Positions 7,617 to 15,453 of a stretch of 17,360 nt of DNA are shown piece after piece. The position numbers and the translations under genes were made by a program. Each line of letters opens with the position of its first letter. Position 1 is the first letter of the stretch. The notes beneath the pieces were generated by a model. It had not been told where the DNA came from. It worked only from the letters and a program-made list of their open reading frames with translations, and ran no database searches. This stretch comes from a virus (Duplodnaviria; Heunggongvirae; Uroviricota; Caudoviricetes): the IMG/VR virus record IMGVR_UViG_2645728010_000005; one strand, given 5' to 3'.

Positions 7617-8153
7617 GTTGGAGTCATTACCGGTTTCGGTTTCTCCACTACTTATGAGTATGAAGGATTCGGCGTGGGTGCAACCTATGCTAAATCAGAT
7701 CGCACTGACGGTCAGGTCGCCTATGGTAAGAGCAAATTCAATGCCTCCGGCAAAAATGCGGAAGTATGGGCTGCAGGCCTGAAATATGATGCGAACAATA
7801 TCTATCTGGCTACCACATATTCTGAAACTCAGAATATGACCGTTTTTGGTAATAACCATATTGCAAACAAAGCACAAAACTTTGAAGCAGTAGCACAATA
7901 TCAGTTTGACTTCGGTCTGCGACCATCTGTTGCTTACCTTCAGTCAAAAGGTAAAGACCTTGGTGTTCATGGTGACCGAGACTTAGTCAAGTATGTCGAT
8001 GTCGGTGCTACTTACTACTTTAATAAAAACATGTCCACTTTTGTTGATTACAAAATCAACTTAATTGACGATAGTAAGTTTACCAAAACAGCTGGTATTG
8101 ATACCGACGACATCGTCGCTGTAGGTCTGGTGTATCAGTTCTAATCTGATTAC

Positions 8154-8194
8154 GAAAAAGATATGTTGCGGGAGGCTTTGCCTCCCCAACATAT
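8154..8194 (-). terminator. Intrinsic terminator on the minus strand (candidate tR' of the late leader); its hairpin also sits 17 bp after the porin stop on the plus strand
   Basis: Stem ATATGTTG-(C)-GGGAGGC / GCCTCCC-CAACATAT (8161..8194, loop ttt), followed on the minus strand by CTTTTT (complement of 8155..8159). Confidence 0.5.
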
Positions 8195-8282
8195 AAGTGG
8201 CTCCCTCAAGCCACTTCCTTTAGAAGCACAACCTTGCTTCTAACTATATAAACCTTCTGTTATATATTACCCTTTATTTTTG

Positions 8283-8316
8283 GGGGCGTCTCAACGCCCC
8301 ATTTTTAATAATTTTT
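8283..8316 (+). terminator. Plus-strand intrinsic terminator
   Basis: GGGGCGT-ctca-ACGCCCC hairpin (8283..8300) followed by ATTTTTAATAATTTTT. Confidence 0.4.
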
Positions 8317-8333
8317 AGTAAACAATTGGCATA

Positions 8334-8717
8334 TTAATTAGAGTTATTAACAACGATATCCATCTCTAACCGGATATCTAATGCCATTAACATCCCTTCA
8401 ATTATGCCCTCAGCCTTCTGTAACCTTTTCCCGATATAACCATCAGAGCAGCAATGCTTACCTGCCAGTGACATGAATGTCATACCGACTACATAATAAT
8501 CTACTAATAAATCATGCAAATCGCTGTTGTTCTTTTTCAGACGGGCCATGCACCCGCAAATGATCATCGCGTCATCGTCACAACATTGTGGGCGAGATTT
8601 TACTTTTGAAGGAATTAATCCCTTAAAACCGGCGGCAATGGACGACCAGGTCACATCTTCATGATTATTAGCCGCCCACGCTCCCCAACGCTCAAGAACC
8701 ATCTGAATATCACGCAT
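8334..8717 (-). CDS. quuD: Late-gene antiterminator Q (short, DLP12 QuuD-like)
   Basis: ATG 8717; 127 aa [24 protein letters not shown]... with a Cys-rich zinc-binding region ([16 protein letters not shown]). The track ORF has a 5-codon upstream extension. Confidence 0.85.
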   Translation of the reverse strand: MRDIQMVLERWGAWAANNHEDVTWSSIAAGFKGLIPSKVKSRPQCCDDDAMIICGCMARLKKNNSDLHDLLVDYYVVGMTFMSLAGKHCCSDGYIGKRLQKAEGIIEGMLMALDIRLEMDIVVNNSN

Positions 8718-8802
8718 CAACTTACTCCACAAAACTCAGACCAGAACGCCAATTACAAGCAAAAATCAACAAAACAGTATTAGTTGATTGTTATCTCTGA
8801 CT

Positions 8803-8925
8803 TCATACTCCTGCTCCTGTCAGTGTTTTGGCGTAATTCTTCAGTATTCGGTAATCGGTCAAAACAGAACCGGGGAAACGATATAAGCGCAGGCGCATCC
8901 AGCGGTGGCGAAGAAGTTCTGCCAT
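8803..8925 (-). CDS. Small basic ORF between rusA and Q (ylcG-like), 40 aa
   Basis: ATG 8925, MAELLRHRWMRLRLYRFPGSVLTDYRILKNYAKTLTGAGV, stop TGA 8803..8805. Position corresponds to ylcG in DLP12; coding status is uncertain. Confidence 0.35.
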   Translation of the reverse strand: MAELLRHRWMRLRLYRFPGSVLTDYRILKNYAKTLTGAGV

Positions 8926-8939
8926 ATAAAACTCAAACA

Positions 8940-9302
8940 TCATTCATCTCCCTGTTCAGTGATGGTCAGTTCCAGCTTTCCACCTTTGACAACCGGCATC
9001 TTCACAACGCGGTAATCAACGACCTGAGCATCATCCAGCCAGAAACCTGCTTTGGTGAGTGCGTCAAAAGCGGCCTTTTGTAGATTATCCAGGTCACGGC
9101 GACGGCGATCCGGCATGTGACACTCAATGCGGATTTTCACAGGCATAGCCAGGCCGATATCCAGCATTGCGTTTTTAATGATTCGGGCGACGTTTTCGCG
9201 GTATGCCTGCCCCTCTGCGCTGATGTGCGTGCGCCCGCGATTATGGCGGTAATAGCGATTATTGCTCGGCGGCCAGGGTAATGTGATATTGTAGGTATTC
9301 AC
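8940..9302 (-). CDS. rusA: RusA Holliday-junction resolvase
   Basis: 120 aa (GTG start) [50 protein letters not shown]...; matches E. coli RusA. Confidence 0.9.
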   Translation of the reverse strand: MNTYNITLPWPPSNNRYYRHNRGRTHISAEGQAYRENVARIIKNAMLDIGLAMPVKIRIECHMPDRRRRDLDNLQKAAFDALTKAGFWLDDAQVVDYRVVKMPVVKGGKLELTITEQGDE

Positions 9303-9589
9303 GCCTTAATTACCCCCTCTTTCAGCCAGATAACCTGCGTTCTCGCCATACCTTCCAGCGCGCATTCTTTTGCATATCCAGCGTCAACAAAATGCGTGCG
9401 ACGGTCGATCTCGTCGTGACAGGCAGAACATGCAATGGTGGCAATCAGGTCTGGCGGTTTGATACCGGTACCGCACAATCCAGCCAGCCGGATATGTGCC
9501 AGTACAGACGTTTCAGGATTGCCATTACATACGCCAGGGATTCTTACCTGGCATTCCCGACCACGCGCTGCTTTTCTCAAATCAGCCAT
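9299..9589 (-). CDS. ybcO: YbcO-family protein (DUF1364, putative nuclease of the nin region)
   Basis: ATG 9589 with SD AAGGAGG; 96 aa [42 protein letters not shown]... The track ORF has a 13-codon upstream extension. Confidence 0.7.
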   Translation of the reverse strand: MADLRKAARGRECQVRIPGVCNGNPETSVLAHIRLAGLCGTGIKPPDLIATIACSACHDEIDRRTHFVDAGYAKECALEGMARTQVIWLKEGVIKA

Positions 9590-9752
9590 GATTCCTCCTT
9601 GCTGCCAGTCGCAACCATTTTTTATCAACCAGGCTGGCGGTATATCCGAGCAGTGTTGGTATTTCGGATGGTTTCAGCTCAGGCTTACGCTTACGACGAT
9701 TTGGTACTTTGTAGATGTGTCCGTTCATGACACGAATAAGCGGTGTAGCCAT
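9582..9752 (-). CDS. ninE: NinE-like small protein (56 aa)
   Basis: Below the track threshold. ATG 9752..9750 with SD AGGAGG, overlapping the ybcN stop (TAATG); [56 protein letters not shown]; stop overlaps the ybcO start. Confidence 0.6.
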   Translation of the reverse strand: MATPLIRVMNGHIYKVPNRRKRKPELKPSEIPTLLGYTASLVDKKWLRLAARRNHG

Positions 9753-10207
9753 TACGCCTCCTGCTTATCACGCAGCAGCTGGAACTCGCAGCTCTGCGGA
9801 ATAGTCAGGTGGCAGCCAATATTCATCGCCCAGGCTTCAACCTTACACAGGAAGACATACATCTCTCCGGTATCAAGGTCGGAGGTATGGCGTAACGACT
9901 GGATAGTGGTGATATCACCGGTTACGACATCAACCAGGTCTTTGGTTTCATAACCGAGATATGTGTGTTTGAGAGCATCTTTTACCCAAGCTGGAGTGGC
10001 GAACGTTTTACCCCTGCTGATGAGGTATTCACTGATTTCGCTGTACCACATGTGGCTGAGTGCATTCTGGGAAAGACTGCGTTTCTCACGCCACGGTTTA
10101 AGCACCATGCGAAAGCATTTGCCCTCCTCCAGATAAGGCTGGATCTGCCGACCGATAGCGGTGAAGTTGCCGCGATGTAATTTGATGCCGTCTTGTGAGA
10201 GGTTCAC
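9752..10207 (-). CDS. ybcN: NinB-like recombination protein (DUF1367, YbcN)
   Basis: 151 aa, GTG start preceded by GGAGGTG; contains ...[23 protein letters not shown]..., resembling the NinB family. Confidence 0.75.
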
Positions 10208-10305
10208 GCTTCACCTCCGCAGAGGTCAAACGCTAGATGCAAAGAATTGCAGGTGCATTTCTGCATCTGTGAAGGGAGAAGAGAGTTTGGATTGTATGTG
10301 CGCAT
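10204..10305 (-). CDS. Small ORF (33 aa) between ybcM and ybcN, ylcH-like
   Basis: ATG 10305, [33 protein letters not shown]; its stop overlaps the ybcN start. Coding status is uncertain. Confidence 0.3.
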
Positions 10306-10421
10306 AAACGTCCCCGTTTAGCGCAGAAGTCACCGGAGTTGTTCAGGCTCCGGTGACATAATTATGCCGTGTTGATTTCCCAAAATCAAAATCGATAGAA
10401 TTGCTCCTTCTTAAAACACTT

Positions 10422-11219
10422 TTACTCTCTGGAAGCTTTTCTTATCTCTCTTGGTGTTATATTAAAACGATTATGAAATCTTTCAGTAAAACGAGAAGGA
10501 CACTTATAACCATTTTCTCTGGCAATCTCGCTTATAGGTTTTACCGTCGTTTGTATAGCAGACAACGCATTATTTAACCTCACATCGTCCAGTATACTTT
10601 GGAAACTTACCCCCTCGCTTGCTAGACGGCGATGTAATGTAGAAACAGAAATGTAGAGATATCGAGCAACCTTGTTTGCTGTCCATTTTGTGCCGGGTTC
10701 GGATAGCAGCAGGTTATAACAACGACTTATCAATGATTGTTTACTATATGATAAAAGTAAATGATTAACATGATTCACTCCTAACGAAAGTAGAACGCCC
10801 ATTGCTAAGTGCTCCTGAATTTTAGTTGAGAAGCCTCGGGAAACAGATGTTTTTAGTTGCTCCCAACAATATATTAACTCAGGATTCTGAGGTAAAAAGA
10901 AACTTGTTTTGTTACGTATTTGATCAGTTACCGTATAAAGTTTTTGGAAACTCTCAATTAAATCAATGGGTAAGTAAAGCATTTCTGCAAGATAAAGCCC
11001 TGCTTCAGGATAATTCTCAATATAAAATTCATAACCACAAGGAAATAATATTATTTGATTATTATCAACAGTTAAAGTATGCGTCTCCCAATTGATAACT
11101 TTCTTTCCCTGACGGATACGACACAAAGCTGGCATAAGAGGCTTAACCCTATGAATCTCATGATGTTTATGCATCCGTATTTCTTCGATCTTTAAGTTAG
11201 TCTTACCTCTTGCCAGCAT
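10422..11219 (-). CDS. ybcM: AraC/XylS-family transcriptional regulator
   Basis: 265 aa; C-terminal dual-HTH AraC signature (...[42 protein letters not shown]...[21 protein letters not shown]). Confidence 0.85.
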
Positions 11220-11228
11220 ACTCTCACC

Positions 11229-11780
11229 CTACTTTATCTCATAAACTGGTGTTATCTCAGCGGTTGCGATTTTATTAGCATTAAGCATATAACCAACTAA
11301 CGCTCCGCTGGAGTTAGAATCTACAGGAATCTTTTCAGTTTTTAGAGCCCATACTTTAAACTGGTAATGATGTGGTTTATCTCCTTTAGGAGGACATGCG
11401 CCACCAAACCCAGCATAGCCAAAATCATTTCGGCCTTGAACAGCACCAGTCGGCAGTTTTGTTCCATCACGTCTCCCTGCATCAACGGGCAAATATGTTA
11501 CTGTTGCTGGAATATTAACAACAGTCCAATGCCACCAACCACTGCCTGTAGGTGCATCTGGATCATATACAGTTACGGCAAAGCTTTTGGTACCTTCAGG
11601 AACACCAGACCAGGTTAATGAGGGCGATGTATTACCACCTTCACACCCAAATCCAGAAAAGACATGAGACGTTGTAAGTTGCTCTCCTGTTTTTATTTCA
11701 TTACTAGTGACCTGAAATGCTGCAGCCTGCGCAGAAAATGTTATGAATGCCAATACAGTTGAAACGATAAGTGTTTTCAT
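11229..11780 (-). CDS. ybcL: Periplasmic PEBP/RKIP-family protein (YbhB/YbcL, UPF0098)
   Basis: 183 aa with signal peptide MKTLIVSTVLAFITFSAQAAA and PEBP motifs (DPDAP...GWWHW...HHYQFKVWAL). Confidence 0.85.
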   Translation of the reverse strand: MKTLIVSTVLAFITFSAQAAAFQVTSNEIKTGEQLTTSHVFSGFGCEGGNTSPSLTWSGVPEGTKSFAVTVYDPDAPTGSGWWHWTVVNIPATVTYLPVDAGRRDGTKLPTGAVQGRNDFGYAGFGGACPPKGDKPHHYQFKVWALKTEKIPVDSNSSGALVGYMLNANKIATAEITPVYEIK

Positions 11781-11996
11781 AAAAACCTCTTTGTTATGAC
11801 CTATCGTTATTTTATTTGATATTCCTTTATCTCATTATGCATAAAGGCGCAATGTTCATGCAAAAGCAATCACAATTGTACCCCCAACCCAATTATTTGC
11901 CACAATATACACAAAGCACATTGATACTATCTAAAAACTCTGCTTTATTATTAGTAATACCTACGAAAGTCGGTGTTATTTTTTAACCTACCATTC

Positions 11997-12046
11997 AAAA
12001 TACGTGACATACACCATTTTGCTCATAATAATTTGTCACGTATTTT
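11997..12046. repeat. 13-bp perfect inverted repeat AAAATACGTGACA (11997..12009) / TGTCACGTATTTT (12034..12046) with a 24-bp spacer
   Basis: Read directly from the sequence; lies in the ybcK-ybcL intergenic region about 200 bp below the ybcK stop. Confidence 0.65.
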
Positions 12047-12244
12047 CAGTATTTGAATCTGCGACCAAGAGTTCTCACCTAACAAATGATTAAGATTGTA
12101 TAGCTCATTTACTACCCCAATACAGCCGTACAAAACTCGCTTGTGGGAGCAAACAAAGTAATTACCCATTAAGTTTCGTTAAAGATAATTAATTCTGTCT
12201 TGCACTTTATCACCATAGCATAACTTAAAATCCGAGATCATTAT

Positions 12245-13771
12245 TTAGAAATAAATCTCACCATCAACCATATATTTGAGAGCACTTATCGCCTGCTGGG
12301 CGGATATTACTTTCATTAAAGGATAGTGTTTAAAAACAATGCCATTCATAAAATAGATATCACAGGTTTTATTATCCGTATTAATTATGATTTTTTCGAA
12401 TGTTTTATAGGCAAGTGTACGGCATAACTCTCGTCCATTTTTACTGGTTAAGTCAATAGCATAAAAATCACTGAATGAATTTACACCTTTACTCTTCAAA
12501 GTTTTCAATGATACCGAAGCCCTTCGTAATTCCTTATCTAATAGTCTTATTTTCTCTGCTATAGCGGTAACTTCAGGCGCGACAGACAATGCAACGATTA
12601 AATTATTAATTTTCATCTGAAGCTCAATAATTTTTAACTCTAAAGTTTCATTAGCATCTTTCTTGTTTTCAACTGGTTGAATTTTGCTACAATTAAAAAG
12701 CAATTCATTAATGATATTATAATCAACCAAATCTCTTTTTATTGATGGCCTGTCACATCGATGTAATCTTCTCATCGGACAAACATAATAGCCATGCAAA
12801 CTTCCAGATACCGCATGAACAATCATGGTATTACCACAAGCCTCACACTTCATAACTGTTCGAAGTAGATTTATTAGCATAGGATTCTTGCTACTATTGC
12901 TAATACCAAAAGGTGCCAACCGAATTTCCTGTACAGCGTAAAACAAATCATCTGATATGACTCTGGGATAATAGCCAGCGATTTCACTTATCCCTTTCCC
13001 TCTTGCACGATATGAAGGTACGCATATACCTATCAGAGCTTTATTCGCTAATAATTTTTCAATTACAGAAGGTCCCCATGCACTTTCTTTTCCTGAGAAA
13101 TTCTTTACAGCATGATCATTTAAATACTTGGCTATTGCATTCAATGAGCGCCTTTCCATCCTGAGTTTAAAAATTAGCTCAATAGTTTTCACCCTGTCGG
13201 GGTCTGGAACAAAAGCCGTTCTTTTGTCATCTAAGGAGAGCCATCTCGGACAAGACGCCGTCATAATCGTACCTGATTCCAGTGCATCCTGCCGTTTTTT
13301 CTTCCATGATAATTTAACCCGACTTGACTTTATCTCGCTTTCTTCATTTGCCCTTTGTGCTATAAGTATGGCTTTTATTAATGAATATGGCTCATTCAAA
13401 GAGTCAATATTATAGACTGTATTGTCGCAAAGAGTTATAACATCAATACCGTGATTCAAAATCAATTTCAGACGTTCAATCGCTTCACCGACTTTTTCTC
13501 TTGAAAGTCTGTCCAGACTTTCAACTAACAATGTAGTTCCTGGCAATATATAACCATGCTCTATAGCATCTAAAAATTCCGAAAAAGCTCCTGATTGTGC
13601 ATGCTTTCCTTTGAATGCACTTAATCCTAAATCTTCATATGTTATGGTATCAAGATAATAATCACTATTTACCTTTAACCATTCAGCAATAAGTCTTCTC
13701 TGTCGGTTTAATGAGTCGCCAGACATCTGACCTGGTGATGAAAATCGCATATATGCTATGGCTTTTTTCAT
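12245..13771 (-). CDS. ybcK: Large serine recombinase (resolvase-like catalytic domain, recombinase domain, Cys-rich zinc-ribbon region)
   Basis: 508 aa; N-terminus MKKAIAYMRFSSPGQ carries the catalytic-serine motif of serine recombinases; Cys cluster CEACGNTMIVH...YYVCPMRRLHRCDRP; coiled-coil-like C-terminal region. Confidence 0.85.
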   Translation of the reverse strand: MKKAIAYMRFSSPGQMSGDSLNRQRRLIAEWLKVNSDYYLDTITYEDLGLSAFKGKHAQSGAFSEFLDAIEHGYILPGTTLLVESLDRLSREKVGEAIERLKLILNHGIDVITLCDNTVYNIDSLNEPYSLIKAILIAQRANEESEIKSSRVKLSWKKKRQDALESGTIMTASCPRWLSLDDKRTAFVPDPDRVKTIELIFKLRMERRSLNAIAKYLNDHAVKNFSGKESAWGPSVIEKLLANKALIGICVPSYRARGKGISEIAGYYPRVISDDLFYAVQEIRLAPFGISNSSKNPMLINLLRTVMKCEACGNTMIVHAVSGSLHGYYVCPMRRLHRCDRPSIKRDLVDYNIINELLFNCSKIQPVENKKDANETLELKIIELQMKINNLIVALSVAPEVTAIAEKIRLLDKELRRASVSLKTLKSKGVNSFSDFYAIDLTSKNGRELCRTLAYKTFEKIIINTDNKTCDIYFMNGIVFKHYPLMKVISAQQAISALKYMVDGEIYF

Positions 13772-13950
13772 GGTGACACCTGCTAACGTATGCTTTTATA
13801 AACCTTAGTGGTGGGATATAATTTTTGTTTAATTTTTATTTAAAAAGACAATTAAGGTCACATTATCTTGAATATACAACAATAATCGTATTGCAATTTT
13901 CTTACGCCATAATCTTGAAAGCACAAAAGAATACATAAAAAATAAAGACA

Positions 13951-13996
13951 TTAACAAAAAGCATAAAACGAGGCTCATATAAATATAAGAGCCTCC
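13951..13996 (-). terminator. Putative intrinsic terminator downstream of emrE
   Basis: Stem GAGGCTC/GAGCCTC (13970..13976 / 13989..13995) with a 12-nt AT loop, followed on the minus strand by a T-rich run (GTTTTATGCTTTTTG). Confidence 0.35.
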
Positions 13997-14025
13997 ATAT
14001 TTTAGTCGTTTAGAAACAAATTATT

Positions 14026-14358
14026 TTAATGTGGTGTGCTTCGTGACAATAAATTAATAACCAACACACCGGCACAAATCAACATCATGCCTATAATGGC
14101 TGGCAGGTCCAGCCGTTGGCCGAAAAATCCCCATAACAGTAAGCTAATCAGGACAATACCGACTCCTGACCAGATACCATAAGCAATCCCTGTAGGAATA
14201 TAAGCCAGCGTCTGAGCTAATAACCAGAATGATGCACAATAACAAATAATTGTACCAACAGATGGCCATAACCGTGTAAAACCTTCTGAAAACTTCATTA
14301 AGGTTGTACCAATGACCTCTGCAAGTATTGCACCACCAAGATAAATATAAGGGTTCAT
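14026..14358 (-). CDS. emrE: EmrE small multidrug resistance (SMR) efflux transporter
   Basis: ATG 14358; 110 aa MNPYIYLGGAILAEVIGTTLMKFSEGFTRLWPSVGTIICYCASFWLLAQTLAYIPTGIAYGIWSGVGIVLISLL..., four TM helices with the conserved membrane Glu14. The track ORF has an 18-codon upstream extension. Confidence 0.95.
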   Translation of the reverse strand: MNPYIYLGGAILAEVIGTTLMKFSEGFTRLWPSVGTIICYCASFWLLAQTLAYIPTGIAYGIWSGVGIVLISLLLWGFFGQRLDLPAIIGMMLICAGVLVINLLSRSTPH

Positions 14359-14697
14359 AGCATATTCTTTCCTGTTCAAACTGGAGAGAATTGTACTACA
14401 GTTTGAACTCAACTCACCTGTTTCATCATTGTGTTCCCATTGATGTTCTTTTATATACCCTCAGTACCCGTTTCATCGCGGCACTCTGGCGACACTCCTT
14501 AAAAATCAGATTCGTGCTCACCTTTCCTTCCCGTTCTTCTCTGGTAGCGAACCGGTAATACACCGTTCGCCAGACCTTACCATCAACGACCAGGATTCCT
14601 GCCCGCGCCATTTTAGCCGCAGCCTGATTTATGCTGGTTACGGTTGCACCTGTTGGCCCGCATGTTCTGGTACAAGTTGGTAACCAACCAGTAAGCA

Positions 14698-15063
14698 ATG
14701 GGATATGCCTCTGGTTATGTCTGGTTGAATCCACCATACAGCAATATTTCCCCTTTTGTGAAAAAGGCAGCCACTGAAAACAAATTCAGCAGTGTGGGAT
14801 GTGTAATGTTATTACCTGCTGACACATCTGTCGGATGGTTTCATGAAGCGATACAAACCGCCAGTGAGGTCAGATTCATCACGGCAGGACGACTGGCATT
14901 TATTAACCCACTCACCGGGAAACACGTCAGTGGAAATAATAAAGGCTCGATGCTCATTATCTGGCACCCATACCCCCGTACACACTGCCACTTTACGACC
15001 GTTGATCGTGGAGAGTTGATGGCGTTCGGCTCAAGGATTCTTGCCCGTCGGGAGGCTGCATGA
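14698..15063 (+). pseudogene. Phage Dam-type N6-adenine DNA methyltransferase, probably a 5'-truncated remnant
   Basis: 121 aa MGYASGYVWLNPPYSNISPFVKKAATENKFSSVGCVMLLPADTSVGWFHEA...; the NPPY catalytic motif sits at residues 11..14 and an in-frame TAA lies 4 nt upstream of the ATG. In the phage Dam family as I recall it, about 60 aa precede this motif. Confidence 0.5.
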
Positions 15064-15139
15064 CAACCACGGAATGCATTTTTCTGGCAGCGGGCTTCAT
15101 ATTCTGTGTGCTTATGCTTGCCGACATGGGACTTGTTCA

Positions 15140-15355
15140 ATGACACCTCAGCAGGAAAACGCCCTTCGCAGCATAGCCCGTCAGGCTAATTCTGAAATCA
15201 AAAAAGCCAGACAGCAGTTTCCGGATAAAAACGTCGATGACATTTGCCGTAGCGTACTGAAGAAGCACCGCGAAACGGTAACGCTGATGGGATTCACACC
15301 GACTCATTTAAGCCTGGCGATCGGCATGTTAAACGGCGTCTTTAAGGAGCGATGA
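15140..15355 (+). CDS. Hypothetical small early-left phage protein (71 aa from ATG 15140; the track ORF starts at 15041)
   Basis: Open frame MTPQQENALRSIARQANSEIKKARQQFPDKNVDDICRSVLKKHRETVTLMGFTPTHLSLAIGMLNGVFKER; start site uncertain; no family recognised. Confidence 0.3.
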   Translation: MTPQQENALRSIARQANSEIKKARQQFPDKNVDDICRSVLKKHRETVTLMGFTPTHLSLAIGMLNGVFKER

Positions 15356-15453
15356 ACATGAAAAGCAAAATCATCAGGGAGCTACAGGCTCCTTTTTTAT
15401 TATTCGCATTCACCCTCAAGCGTATTAACCAACAATTCAGGGATTAATGGAAG

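Larger units (their letters stand above)
6864..7631 (+). mobile_element. IS1: IS1 insertion sequence (768 bp) with 9-bp target-site duplication GGTTTCGGT (6855..6863 and 7632..7640)
   Basis: Left end GGTGATGCTGCCAACTTACTGAT (6864..) and right end ...AAGTTGGAGTCATTACC (..7631) are imperfect terminal inverted repeats. It carries insA and insB with the A6C frameshift motif TTAAAAAAC at 7168..7176. Confidence 0.9.
6285..8144 (+). pseudogene. nmpC: Lc/NmpC-type outer-membrane porin (OmpC family) interrupted by IS1; 5' part 6285..6863, 3' part 7632..8144
   Basis: N-terminal [50 protein letters not shown]... (signal peptide, porin motifs) runs into IS1 and stops at 6888..6890. The C-terminal ORF ends ...[12 protein letters not shown] (the porin terminal Phe). 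Removing IS1 and one copy of the 9-bp duplication restores one continuous frame. Confidence 0.85.

Noticed and set aside
6324-7898. Track ORFs 6324..6557 (-), 6890..7102 (+), 7292..7582 (-), 7695..7898 (-)
   Set aside because: Antisense to the porin or inside IS1 in non-canonical frames; IS1 is fully explained by insA/insB.
8784-9083. 99-aa plus-strand ORF
   Set aside because: Antisense to the ylcG-like ORF and rusA; no SD.
9392-10180. Track ORFs 9392..9730 (+), 9435..9953 (+), 9965..10180 (+)
   Set aside because: Antisense to ybcO/ninE/ybcN, which have SD sequences and recognisable families.
10826-11618. Track ORFs 10826..11095 (+) and 11367..11618 (+)
   Set aside because: Antisense to ybcM and ybcL.
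11837-11986. 49-codon plus-strand ORF (MHKGAMFMQKQSQLYPQPNYLPQY...) in the ybcK-ybcL intergenic region
   Set aside because: Low-complexity Gln/Tyr/Pro-rich translation in AT-rich DNA, opposite in orientation to all neighbours, no SD; probably a chance ORF.
13128-13415. 95-aa plus-strand ORF
   Set aside because: Antisense to the serine recombinase gene.
10208-14697. Possibility that emrE-ybcK-ybcL-ybcM form a defence or toxin-antitoxin system
   Set aside because: None of the four proteins belongs to a family I can link to known defence or TA systems (efflux pump, serine recombinase, PEBP, AraC regulator) and there is no small adjacent partner gene. Kept only as a cargo block of unknown role.
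14841-15146. 101-aa minus-strand ORF
   Set aside because: Antisense to the Dam-type remnant; basic, low-complexity translation.
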